From the NCBI GenBank assembly GCA_026770705.1, contig JANJGN010000031.1, positions 1,426,001 to 1,490,000 on the forward strand: a stretch of DNA of 64,000 nucleotides, given 5' to 3'. The stretch comes from Isurus oxyrinchus. Taxonomy: Eukaryota. Positions 13,323-25,335 of this stretch are shown here, one piece after another. Below the pieces are notes generated by a model that saw nothing but the letters and a program-made list of their open reading frames with translations, was not told the origin of the DNA and searched no databases. The position numbers and the translations under genes were made by a program. Positions within the stretch are counted from its first letter, which is position 1, and each line of letters opens with the position of its first letter.

Positions 13323-13592
13323 GGCATGAGTTCAAGGTGAGGGACAGGCGTTTTAGGGGGATGTGAGGAAAAACCTTTTTACCCAGAGTTGATGGTCTGG
13401 AATGTACTGCGTGGGAGGCTGGTGGAGGCGTGTTGCCTCACATCCTTTAAGAAGTACCTAGATGAATACTTGGCACGTCATAACATTCAAGGGTATGGAC
13501 CAATGACTGGTAAATGGGATAAGGTAGGTAGGTCAGGTGTTTCTCTGGTGTCGGTGCAGACTCGATGGACTGTGATTCTGTGAACCTATCTT
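13317..13592 (+). mobile_element. CR1 LINE 3' end fused to V3
   Basis: TRGHEFKVRDRRFRGDVRKNLFTQ..VWN..SFKKYLDEYL..GYGP. Confidence 0.85.
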
Positions 13593-14779
13593 CATGACTG
13601 TGAATCTGCTGTTGGGCTGGTTGATGGGGCTGGGATGTCTAATTGGACAAATTTCACACAAAGCTGGCACAGGCTCGATGGGAGGAATGGCTTTCTTCTG
13701 TTCTTTGATTCCCTATTAACAAATCCGAACAGACACCTGCAATGCATGAACCAAAGCGCGAAATTCTTTGCCAGCAATAATTCACAGATTATTTCATAAA
13801 CACCCGAAAAGCGACCTTGAGTCTGAGAGAAGTGAGTTAACGGTTTTCAGCAGATTCTGAAACCGCTGTCAGGGGGCAGGTGTCCTGCTGCTGAATACAC
13901 CTTGTACAGTGTGAACCATCAGAGGCGTTTAAAGTTTCCGAAATGAATTATTTCCTAGTTGTGTGGGATATTCTCTTTAGAGATGAGATGGCTGAGCTAA
14001 AGTTTGCCAAAATGGGGAGAGGGTGAGGGTTTCCTATGGACTCTGTTTGTGCGGAGAGATTGGAGTAACCGGGATTCTCCTCCACAGTGGAGATTAGATA
14101 ACAGCATTCACATCTATGAAGGTTTTTCTTAGAGTGAATAGGGAGAAGCTGTATCCAGTGATTCGGAAGCGATGAATGATGTTTTAAGATGACTAGGGGC
14201 GGTAATTAGAATTGCTTCCTTCAGTCAGTGATATCATTGACCCTGTCTCACTTGCTCAGTTTGAACATACATGACAATCAGGAAGCGGAAGGGGCTCAGT
14301 GTCAACCCTTGGTGCTATCCAGCTTTGACTTTGAAACTTTCATTCTCCCCGAACCTGCTTCTTATTCTTGTCTGGCACTATTTGAACATGTCCTGTAATA
14401 ATCGTAAGCACTTGTCAGAGTCTCCGCAAATTCTAATCACCAGGTCTTCCTCCTAGATACCCAGTCATAAGGCATCTTTAGATCAGTGAATACATGAGGA
14501 CTCGAAACGTCAACTCTTTTCTTCTCCGCTGATACTGCCAGACCTGTTGAGTTTTATCAGCCTAGTGAACCGTCTCTCAACTCTTTCCAATGCAAGTATA
14601 TCCCTGCTTAAGTAAAGTGACCAAAATGGAACCCATTGCCGTATGTGTGGCCTCACCAATTCCCTGTGCAGTTGTATCAAGACTTCTCTACTTTCATACT
14701 TAAACATTAGAACTCTACTTTATAAGCACAAACTTGTTTCCAAATTGCATCATGGTCACACATATTCCCTATCCCTGGG

Positions 14780-15115
14780 CCTTCCCTCAGCATCTACAAC
14801 CCTCCCTATCTATGTAACCACCTCCAGCCTCTACAATCCTCCATATCTCTGTAATCTCTACCAGCCCCTCAAACCCTTCCTATCTATGTAATCACCTCCA
14901 GCCCCGACAACTCTCCTCATCACTGTAATCTCCTCCAGACTCTAAACCCTCCCTATCTCTTTAATCTCCTCCTGCCCCCACAACACTCCCTGTCTCTGTA
15001 ACCTCGTCCAGCACCTACAACCGCCTATCTGTGTAACCTGCTTTTACAACCTGCCCCCAACAACTCTGTACCCTCCACCAGCCCCTTCAACCCTCCGTAT
15101 CGATGTAACCAGCTC
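14780..15115 (+). repeat. ~33-bp minisatellite (cctccagcccctacaaccctccctatctctgtaa)
   Basis: About 10 copies here; the paralog at ~36705-36750 has about one. Confidence 0.85.
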
Positions 15116-16226
15116 CCATCTCAAAACCTTCCGGGATCTGCAACTGTCCTAATTCTGGTCTCTGGAATATTCTCAATTTGAATTTCACTCTTATTGGCAG
15201 CGATCAACCACCAAGTAATGGGTTTCCTTCACTACATCTCTTCGCCTCTCTATCTCTCTCCTACTTTAAGATACTCCTGAAAACCTACCTCTTAGATCAA
15301 CTTTTTGGCCATCTACTCTAATATATTCTTACCCCGCTCGGTGTCAAAGCAGGTTTTATAATACCCAGGAGAAGTGTCTTGGGCTAGTTCACTACATTAA
15401 GGATGCCATCTAAATATAACTTTTTCTCCTTGTTGGCATTAAGGTTATAACAGCGTGAATTCACTAAACTGAAACCGGCGGTTAGAGGCTAAATTATGGG
15501 GATGGATTTTTTTTAATTTGTTCTCGTGATGTGAACGTGGCAAGACCAAAATTAATTCCGGAGCCTTGAAAAATCATGGTGAGCCACCTCGTTCAATGGC
15601 TGCAGCGAATGATGTGTGGGTACATCCCCGGTTAGGGAGGGTGTCCTAATGTTTACACCCAGCAACAGCGAAAGAAGACTTAAGTATTTCCCATTCCGAA
15701 TGGTGTGTGATTTGGAGGGGTATTTGCAGGTGGTGGTGTTCCCATGTCTCTGCTGACCCTCTCTCAGGTATAAATGTTGCAGTTTTGGATCACATTGCAA
15801 AAGAAACCTTGGCGAATTCTTACAGTGCATCTTGTAGATGGTACACACTGTGCTACTCAGCATCAGTAGTGCATGGAGTGAATGTTTCTGGATGTGGAGC
15901 CATCAAGCGGACTGCTTTGTCCTGGATAGTGTTTATCTTCGAGTGTTGTGGGAGCTGCACTCATCCAGGCAAGTGGAGAGTCTTCCATCACACTCCTGAC
16001 TTGTGCCATGTAGACAGTGGACAGGTCTTGGGGAGTCACGAAGTGAGTTACTTTCCACAGAAAACCCAGCCTGTGACTTGCCCTTTCAGCCCATTAGTTA
16101 CGTTTCTGGTCAATGGTAATCCCTAGGATAAAAACAAAGAAAACTGCGGATGCTGCAAATCCAAAACAAAAACAGAATTACCTGGAAAAACTCAGCAGGT
16201 CTGGCAGCATCGGCGGAGAAGAAAAG

Positions 16227-16265
16227 AGTTGACGTTTCGAGTCCTCATGACCCTTCGACAGAACT
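16227..16265 (-). ncRNA. Minimal type I hammerhead ribozyme motif (PLE), best-preserved form
   Basis: AGTT CTGTCGA a GGGTC atgag GACTC GAAA CGTC AACT: stem I, core variant CUGUCGA, stem II, GAAA, palindromic stem III, GUC cleavage site. Confidence 0.75.
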
Positions 16266-17680
16266 TGATTTCGAGTCCAAGAAAGAGTTGAAATATAAGC
16301 TGGTTTAAGGTGTGTGTGTGGGGGATCGGAGAGAGAGAGAGAGAGACAGAGGTGCTTGTGTAGACAAACAAGCAGTGATAGAAGCAGATCATCAAAAGAT
16401 GTCAGTGACAATGGTACAAAAGAACACATAGGTGTTAAAGTTAAAGTTGGTTATATTATCTAAACGAATGTGCTAATTAAGAATGGATGGTAGGGCACTC
16501 AAGGTACAGCTCTAGTGGGGGTGGGGGGAGCATAAAAAATTTTAAAATATTTAAAAATAATGGAAATAGGTGGGAAAAGAAAAATCTATAAAATTTATAG
16601 GGAAAAAAAGGAAAAAGGGGGAAACAGAAAGGGGGTGGGGATGGGGGAGGGAGCTCACGACCTAAAGTTGTTGAATTCAATATTCAGACCGGAAGGCTGT
16701 AAGGTGCCTAGTCGGAAGATGAGGTGTTGTTCCTCCAGTTTGCGTTGGGCTTCACTGGAACAATGCAGTAAGCCAAGGACAGACATGTGGGCAAGAGAGC
16801 AGGGTGGAGTGTTAAAATGGCAAGCGTCCATCACCCCCTACTCCTCAACCCCCTCCTATGGCACCACCCCATGCCCACGCAAAAGATGTAACACCTGCCC
16901 CTTCACTTCCTCTCTCCTCACCGTCCAAGGGCCCAAACACTCCTTTCAAGTGAAGCAGCATTTCACTTGCATTTCCCCCAACTTAGTCTACTGCATTCGT
17001 TGCTCCCAATGTGGTCTCCTCTACATTGGAGAGACCAAACGTAAACTGGGCGACCGCTTTGCAGAACACCTGCGGTCTGTCCGCAAGAATGACCCAAACC
17101 TCCCTGTCGCTTGCCATTTTAACACTCCACCCTGCTCTCCTGCCCACATGTCTGTCCTTGGCTTACTGCATTGTTCCAGTGAAGCCCAACGCAAACTGGA
17201 GGAACAACACCTCATCTTCCGACTAGGCACCTTACAGCCTTCCGGTCTGAATATTGAATTCAACAACTTTAGGTCGTGAGCTCCCTCCCCCATCCCCACC
17301 CCCTTTCTGTTTCCCACTTTTTCCTTTTTTTCCCTATAAATTTTATAGATTTTTCTTTTCCCACCTATTTCCATTATTTTTAAATATTTTAAAATTTTTA
17401 ATGCTACCCCTACCCCCACTAGAGCTGTACCTTGAGTGCCCTACCATCCATTCTTAATTAGCACATTCGTTTAGATAATATCACCAACTTTAACTTTAAC
17501 ACCTATGTGTTCTTTTCTACCATTGTCACTGACATCTTTTGATGATCTGCTTCTATCACTGCTTGTTTGTCTACACAACCACCTCTCTCTCTCTCTATCT
17601 CTCCGCACCCCCCCCCCCCCCCCCCAACACACACACCTTAAACCAGCTTATATTTCAACTCTTTCTTGGACTCGAATTCA

Positions 17681-17719
17681 AGTTCTGTCGAAGGGTCATG
17701 AGGACTCCAAACGTCAAGT
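17681..17719 (+). ncRNA. Hammerhead motif, mutated (GAAA to CAAA; stem I mismatch)
   Basis: agttctgtcgaagggtcatgaggactccaaacgtcaagt. Confidence 0.65.
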
Positions 17720-17854
17720 CTTTTCTTCTCCACCGATGCTGCCAGACCTGCTGAGTTTTTCCAGGTAATTCTGTTTTTGTTTTGGATTTCCAGCATCCGC
17801 AGTTTTCTTTGTTTTTATCTCTGTGTTTAATTGACTGCCACTGCTCTTCAAGAA

Positions 17855-20611
17855 ATGCCTACCTCCTTGAAGAAGTTCTGTTCCTCTCTGCGACAAGATT
17901 TCCGTATCTCTCTGTTGCCTTGTTCACCTTCTTTGCTTTCCATCTCCCTCCTGGTGTTTGACAAGGTGTTTACTAAAACCCGCTTTCACAGCCATATCTC
18001 CTTTCTCAGTGACTGTCTCCGTCTCCGACTTACCCCACGTGGATTTCAACTGAAATTCCACCCCTCATCTTTCGAACCCACCCAGGATTACCGGTATCTC
18101 CGGGACATAAAACGTTTCTCAGACTGCCGTTCCCGTCACATTCTGAAATCCACACTCAGTGCCATGCGCCGCCATATGAACACACTCGACCTCTCCCTCC
18201 AGCAGCACCGCCGTACCCTTTTTCAAAGCTGCGCGTGCCTCCAGTTTCATTTTATCCTTCGGCTCATCTGACGCCTCAACAAGAAACTTTTTCTCTTTCT
18301 CTCAACTGCTAAGGAATGCAAGCTCCAACAACTCATCGACACCAACACCCATCTAGGACCCTCCACCCCAGCCTGTCCCTCCGTCCCCACCCCATCTTCC
18401 AATCCCAGCCCCAGCCGTGTATTCACTATACCCCCTGACCTTCCCCTCTCCGATGCTGAACGTTCAGTGCTCAGCAAAGGACTTAGTTTCATACCCTTAC
18501 GCCCTCACCTCAATGAATTTCGGGCTCGGCATGATACTGAACTCTTCTTTCGCCATCTTGGTCTCCGGGCTCACTTCTTTGGGCAGAAGTCCTCTCCCAG
18601 TTCAACGGATCCTTTTACCCATCTCCAATATTCTCCTTCCACCTGGACCCCTCCCTCTGGATTCTTACCTTCTCTTGATCTTTTCATTGAGAACTGTCGG
18701 CGCGACATTAGTCGTCTCAATTTCTCTGCTCCTCTCACCCATTCTAACCTGTCTCTCTCTGAACTTACTGCACTCCATTCTCTCAGGTCCAACCCTGACA
18801 TTGTCATCAAACCCGCTGACAAGGGTGGTGCTGTTGTTGTCTGGCGCACTGACCTCTACCTCACGGAGGCTGAGCGTCAACTCGCAGACACTTCCTCCTA
18901 CCTCTCCCTGGACCATGACTCCACCACTGAACATCAAGCCATTGTTTCCAGGACTGTCACTGACCTCATCTCCTCTGGGGATTTCCCTCCCACAGCATCC
19001 AACCTGATAGTCGCCCAACATCGGACGGCCCGCTTCTATCTCCTACCCAAAATCCACAAACAGAACTGCCCCGGTAGACCGATCGTCTCAGCTTGCTCCT
19101 GCCCCACAGAACTCATTTCTCGTTATCTTGACTCCCTTCTCTCTCCCCTTGTCCAGTCCCTTCCCACCTACATCCATGAATCCTCTGACACCTTACGTCA
19201 CATCAACAATTTCCAGTTCCCTGGCTTCAACCGCTTCCTCTTCACCATGGGCGTCCAATCCCTCTACACCTCCATCCCCCAGCAGGATGGTCTGAGGGCC
19301 CTTAGCTTCTTCCTCGAACAGAGGGCCGAACAATCTCCATCCACCACTACTCTCCTCCGTCTGGCTGAACTTGTTCTCACGTTGAACAATTTCTCCTTCA
19401 ACTCCTCTCACTTTCTCCAAATAAAAGGTGTGCCTATGGGTACCCGCATGGGCCCCAGCTATGCCTGTCTCTTTATGGGGTATGTGAAACATTCCTTGTT
19501 GCAGTCCTACTCCGGCCCCCTTCCACAACTTTTTCTCCGGTACATCGATGATTACTTCGGTGCCGCTTCATGCTCTCGTCGGGACTTGGAAAAATTTATT
19601 AATTTTGCTTCCAATCTCCACCCCTCCATCATTTTCACGTGGTCCATCTCTGACACTTCCCTTCCCTTCCTTGACCTCTCTGTCTCAATCTCTGGTGATA
19701 GAAGGTCCATCAATATCCATTACAAACCCACCGACTCCCACAGCTACCTCGACTACAGCTCCTCACACCCCGCTTCCTGTAAGGACTCCATCCCATTCTC
19801 CCAGTTCCTTCGCCTTCATCGCATCTGTTCCGATGATGCTACCTTCAAAAACGGTTCCTCTGACATGTCCTCCTTCTTCCTTAACCGAGGTTTTCCACCG
19901 ACGGTCGTTGACAGGGCCCTCAACCGTGTCCGGCCCATCTCCCGCGCATCCGCCCTCACGCCTTCTCCTCTCTCCCAGAAACATGATAGGGTCCCCCTTG
20001 TCCTCAATTATCAACCCACCAGCCTGCGCATTCAAAGGATCATCCTCCGCCATTTCCGCCAACTCCAGCATGATGCCACCACCAAACACATCTTCCCTTC
20101 ACCCCCCTTATCGGCATTCCGTAGGGATCGCTCCCTCCGGGACACCCTGGTCCACTCCTCCATCATCCCCTACTCCTCAACCCCCTCCTATGGCACCACC
20201 CCATGCCCACGCAAAAGATGTAACACCTGCCCCTTCACTTCCTCTCTCCTCACCGTCCAAGGGCCCAAACACTCCTTTCAAGTGAAGCAGCATTTCACTT
20301 GCATTTCCCCCAACTTAGTCTACTGCATTCGTTGCTCCCAATGTGGTCTCCTCTACATTGGAGAGACCAAACGTAAACTGGGCGACCGCTTTGCAGAACA
20401 CCTGCGGTCTGTCATCAAGAATGACCCAAACCTCCCTGTCGCTTGCCATTTTAACACTCCACCCTGCTCTCTTGCCTACATGTCTGTCCTTGGCTTACTG
20501 CATTGTTCCAGTGAAGCCCAACGCAAACTGGAGGAACAACACCTCATCTTCCGACTAGGCACCTTACAGCCTTCCGGTCTGAATACTGAATTCAACAACT
20601 TTAGGTCGTGA
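17855..20611 (+). pseudogene. PLE RT + GIY-YIG endonuclease ORF (~918 codons) with one in-frame TGA
   Basis: Motifs IKPADKGG, GRPIVS, GVPMGTRMGPSYA, RYIDD, Cys linker PCPRKRCNTC and VYCIRC..LYIGET..RFAEH. TGA at 18269-18271 joins the two listed ORFs in frame. Motif-A Asp appears as Gly (TMGVQSLY). Confidence 0.92.
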
Positions 20612-20997
20612 GCTCCCTCCCCCATCCCCACCCCCTTTCTGTTTCCCCCTTTTTCCTTTTTTTCCCTATAAATTTTATAGATTTTTCTTTTCCCACCTAT
20701 TTCCATTATTTTTAAATATTTTAAAATCTTTTATGCTCCCCCACCCCCACTAGAGCTGTACCTTGAGTGCCCTACCATCCATTCTTAATTAGCACATTCG
20801 TTTAGATAATATCACCAACTTTAACTTTAACACCTATGTGTTCTTTTGTACCATTGTCGCTGACATCTTTTGATGATCTGCTTCTATCACTGCTTGTTTG
20901 TCTACACAACCACCTCTCTCTCTCTCTATCTCTCCGCCCCCCCACACACACACCTTAAACCAGCTTATATTTCAACTCTTTCTTGGACTCGAAATCA

Positions 20998-21036
20998 AGT
21001 TCTGTCGAAGGGTCATGAGGACTCGAAACATCAACT
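20998..21036 (+). ncRNA. Hammerhead motif with stem III mutated (GAAACATC)
   Basis: agttctgtcgaagggtcatgaggactcgaaacatcaact. Confidence 0.68.
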
Positions 21037-21901
21037 CTTTTCTTCTCCGCCGATGCTGCCAGACCTGCTGAGTTTTTCCAGGTAATTCTGTTTTTGTTTT
21101 GGATAATCCCTAGGATGTCGAGGATGGTGCATTCAGCGAAGGCAATGCCATTGGGAGTTGTTGGAGTTACATAGACTTGGTCTCTATTCCCTTGAGTATA
21201 ATACATTTAGTGGTTAGTTAATTGAGCATTAGAAAAATGTTAAAATGGGTTTATATATTTGAGAAAGGGAAACAGTTCCCTGTGGTAGCTGAATCCAGAC
21301 AAGATGGCAAAGTATTGAAATTCAGGCTAGGTATATTCAGATGTCCTGTTCTATTCCTTCGCATGACCAATGTGCTTATTGGAGTTAAGGGTGAAATTGA
21401 GCTTTCAAGAGAAACATATGGAACAAAGACAGTTAGATACAGTTAAGACACATTTGAACCATGGTCTAATTGAATGGCTCTACTGTTTCTGTGTAAAAGG
21501 CTCGAGAGACGTTTAAACGGCCTCTTCCTGCAGCTATATAACCGGTCTGTTTAGGGGCAATTGACCTCCTCCTGCTGAAAAGTCGAATGAGCTAAATGGG
21601 ATTCCGTTGTGCCACTTCAAACAATTTCAGTCGTCTGTTTCGTGGCCCTAGAGAGTCCTCTACTGTATTTGTGGAGAAATGCAACACAGCTTCAGTATAT
21701 CGATTGAGAACAAATTCACTCCTCTCTATCGTTCTTCCTTTGTTTATTACATTCTCTCTTTCCTTCCTTTCTTTCGATATTCCCGATGTACCTTTTGTCT
21801 CTTCTTCTTGTCAAAAACACATTCATTCTGCAAAATGAAATCAAGTTTTTTTGGGGACAGCGCATGATTTCCTCATTCACAGTTGTTTCCTGCCGCCTTT
21901 G

Positions 21902-21940
21902 GGCTTTTGTTGAGCTGCTCCATTTCTGTGAGTCACTGTG
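21902..21940 (-). other. 23-RSS of V4
   Basis: CACAGTG - 23 nt - ACAAAAGCC. Confidence 0.9.
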
Positions 21941-22586
21941 AAGACTCCAGGCGCAGTAATACACGGCCGAGTGATCAGCCTGCAGGTTGGGGGTCTCCAG
22001 TTTGAATTCAGAGTCACTCGGTCTCCGGGCAGTGAAACCGTCCACCGGGTCCCTCGGAACTAACTTGGTTGATAGCAGCTGAGTAAAACATTATTTGGGG
22101 CTCTCTCTCCGGGTATTGTCTGTACCAGTTAATAGCAGGGTTAGTGCTGCCCTCCACATCGCAATTCAGTTCCACTGCCTGCCCGGGAAATATGGAGACA
22201 GTGGCGGGAGTCTGGCGGATCGTCTGCGAGTTCACGTCTGGAGAAGAGGCAGGAAGAGGAGGAGGTCAGAACCGGAGAAATTCTGGAGATGGAGAAGGAA
22301 AGTGGGAAAGAAAGAAAGGAAGGAAGGGGGAGGAGAGGAATAATGAAGGAAAGGAAATATAAAGGATTGTTGTTTAAACGGTTATTGCATAAAAAACATC
22401 ACTTACATTGAAATAAGATCAGCAATACATATATTTCAACTCTTTCCTGGACTGGAAATCAAGTTCTGTCGAAGGGTCATGAGGACTCGAAACGTCAACT
22501 CTTTTCTTCTCCGCCGATGCTGCCAGACCTGCTGAGTTATTCCAGGTAATTCTGTTTTTGTTCAGCAATCTCAAAACCACGTACAT
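21941..22586 (-). pseudogene. TRBV: V4 CAWS-family V pseudogene; V exon 21941-22237, disrupted leader 22407-22586
   Basis: A +1 frameshift near 22047 (GGA CCC G GTG) splits the V into two ORFs. Leader MYVVLRLLILFQ is interrupted by a 135-bp insertion. Confidence 0.92.
22427..22561 (+). mobile_element. 135-bp PLE 3' fragment containing the hammerhead motif (22462-22500), inserted in the V4 leader exon
   Basis: 8-bp TSD TCAGCAAT (22419-22426, 22562-22569); absent from the V8 leader. Confidence 0.9.
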
Positions 22587-24772
22587 GTTGACCGGTAAAA
22601 TTTTCCTATAATAGGGAAATGAGCTGAACAAAGGGCGTTGGGCATTGTTGGGAACCGAACTGCTTGTTTAAAATCATTGATGAAAACATGAAGAGCTTAA
22701 GGAAGTGATTTAGGTGTAAAAAGCCAAGTCCCGCCCCCTCTGATTGAAAGCCCCGCCTTCATTATTGGGTGGAACAGGACGTTTCAAAGCGGACAGAGTG
22801 GGAAAAGAAGCGGCAGATGCATTTTGATGTGACCCATTCTCAGGACATCCAGGGTCGACCTAAGAAAGAGGGAGCAGGATACTTTCTAACTGGCGGAAGC
22901 GAAGGACTCTGGAGCTGCAAAGGAATTTAGTTGTCTCGCTGAACAAGGAAGAATCATACAGTCCAATCGAATTTTTACTTGAAGGGAACTAGAAGGCGAA
23001 ACGGAGGAAGTTCTGGCTCATTGTAAGGAACTCAGAACAAACCCTTCCGACAATCCTTCTTTCCATTCGGGGCAGTCACCTCAGGAAGGATGAATTGGAC
23101 CTGGAGGGTGTTCAACGCTGATGCAACAGAATTATACCTTGGTTTAAGGGGTTAAATCATGAGGACAGGTTGCATAATCTTGTCTGCCTGACCTTCAGCA
23201 TGAAAGACCCACGGGAACATTTGAGGTTCTTTCATGAGTTTCAGAAGCAGTTATCACAGGCTATAGGTACCTTGTTTTCTAGATTCCCACACCAGGAAAA
23301 ATAGTATAACTTCACAGTTAGAGACATGTCTTTCAGGGTGATGTGAGGAAATATTTCCTCTGACAAATGGTTGTAGAAATCTGGAACTGTCTCCCAGCAA
23401 AAGATTAATGGTGGGGGGGGGGCGTTAACCTTACATTTCAAAACTGAGATTGATGGACTTTTTGGGGGACAGTGTGCTGAGAAATATGGACTGGAGGTGG
23501 ACAGTTGGAGGTAAAATGTAGTCCTGACACGGTCATGGTAACCATTAACATTAACACTCCCTTTGTCCTTTAGCTCATGACATCTTTGTCAATCTCTCGT
23601 TTGCCTCCACCTATCGCTGGCTTTGTATCCAGATCGACCTGCCCACCCCCCTTAAACAGTATAAATTTCAACACATTTCCACTTCTCTTCAACTCTGAAT
23701 AAGGGTCATACGGACTCAAAGCGTTAACTCCTTCTCTCTCCACAGATGCTGCTAGGCCTGCTGTGTTCTTTCAACATTTTCTGGGTTTTTGTTTTCAGAT
23801 TTCTGGCATCTGCACTATTTTGCTTTTATTTTAGTCATTTCCCTCGCCCTTTCTCTCTCTCTCTTTTTTCTGTTGTTCTTCCTTCTCTAACCTTCCCTCT
23901 CCCTTTCTATCCTTATTTCCCTCTTTCCTTTCTTTTTTCACATTACTTAGTTGAATCTATTTATTTCTCCCTCATGTATTTGTTTAGTTTCTCCTCAAGC
24001 ACATCCCTGCTGCAACCACATTCTCACCACCCACTGGATTTATTTCTCCTGGATTCCCAGTTAATTGTATTACTGATGACGTCTTCTAATCGTTTTGATC
24101 TTCCTAGAAAGTGGAAACATGTTTGCGTTATCTTTCCTATCAAACAACTTTCACAATTTCAAATACCTCTATCATGAAAATATCTCAATCTTCTTGCTCG
24201 AATAGAAATGCATATTCCAATTCTTTGCTTTTAACTATAGTCTCTCAGTTCTGGTAACCTCCTCCTTAATTTTCCTTTTCACTTTCTACAGTCCTTCACA
24301 ATATAATCAGTCACTTTCATTGTAGTCTTTTCTCTTATTGTCAAAAACCATATTAGCTCTGCAAGAAGAACAAAACACAACAGGTCCAGCCACCGCGCAG
24401 TGTTACCATTCGCAGCTGTTTCCTGCCGCCTTTGCATGAATTAGTTTGTTCCAAACTCCTGATTCGTTTTTGTAACTTATTCTCATCTTCCCCACCTCAA
24501 TTCTAATAAATCCCTTCATCATTTCAATAAAACTTCTTGACAACTGCTCTCAACCTCTATTGTCCAACAAAAACGAACAAATTCAGAATATGCTGATGCT
24601 TGACCCACTCATATCTGGGAACTCTCTTCTCCAGTGCTTCCCAAACTAATCACTCACTTTTATTCTCGCTGTTCTCTTATTGTCAAAAGGTCTTTGCCCC
24701 GAGAGAAAAAGAAACAGGGAGTCGAAGCGCCCAGTAATGTTGTTTCGGGCAGCTGTCTCCTGCCGCCTTTGG

Positions 24773-24811
24773 GGTTTTTGCTGAGCTGCTCAATCTCTCT
24801 GAGTCACTGTG
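24773..24811 (-). other. 23-RSS of V5
   Basis: CACAGTG - 23 nt - GCAAAAACC. Confidence 0.92.
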
Positions 24812-25335
24812 AAGACTCCAGGCGCAGTAATACACGGCCGAGTGATTCCCCCGCAGGCTGGGGGACTCCAGCATGAACTTGGAGCCACTCGGTCTCTGGG
24901 CCTTGAAACCGTCCACCGGCCCCTCTGAACTCACGTGATTGGTGCTTGTGGAGTAAAACATCAGCTGCGGCTCCCTCCCCGGGTACTGTCTGTACCAGAA
25001 CATGTAAAGGTTACTGCTCGCCTCTACAGTGCACTCCAGTTCCACTTTATCCCCGGAATATCTGGAGACAGCAGCGGGAGTCTGGCGGATAGTCTGTGAG
25101 TTCACATCTGGGGAACAGAAGGAGAGCGGAAGCCGTCAGTAAAGGGGGTTAATTGGGTGTTGGGGAAACAAAGAAAGATAAGAGATAAACGTAGAGAAAT
25201 AGAAAGAAACACCAGAAGGAGAGAGAGCAAGGGAAGGTCAGCAAGTGGAGCGGAAAGCTCGAGGCTGAGCTGGAATTGTTGTCTGGAAAGTTCCTTACAG
25301 TGAAACATGATTAACGGCGGCAGCAACAGATACAT
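24812..25335 (-). CDS. TRBV: V5 CAWS-family V gene, potentially functional; leader 25299-25335, V exon 24812-25107
   Basis: Leader MYLLLPPLIMFH|GTAAG, acceptor cccag|AT, open V exon VNSQTIRQTP..LEC..WYRQ..NHSAVYYCAWSL. Confidence 0.92.

Larger units (their letters stand above)
16130..21103 (+). mobile_element. Penelope-like retroelement (Neptune-type), full length, with direct and inverted partial repeats
   Basis: Flanked by 13-bp TSD TAATCCCTAGGAT (16117-16129, 21104-21116); the empty site is seen in the paralog at ~37748-37760. Layout: inverted 3' copy 16130-16826, direct 3' copy 16827-~17820, then ORF and 3' UTR. Confidence 0.93.
13600..23660 (+). repeat. Segmental duplication A (excluding PLE inserts), paralogous to ~35530-40130; a third copy starts at ~63803
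   Basis: Collinear high identity including V4/V8. Confidence 0.9.

Noticed and set aside
16560-17419. 239-aa and 132-aa ORFs as host genes
   Set aside because: They are chimeric or antisense products of the PLE inverted/direct repeat junction.
18269-18271. Selenocysteine or readthrough TGA in the PLE ORF
   Set aside because: It is most simply CGA-to-TGA CpG decay in an Arg-rich context; no SECIS was recognised and the copy has another inactivating change.
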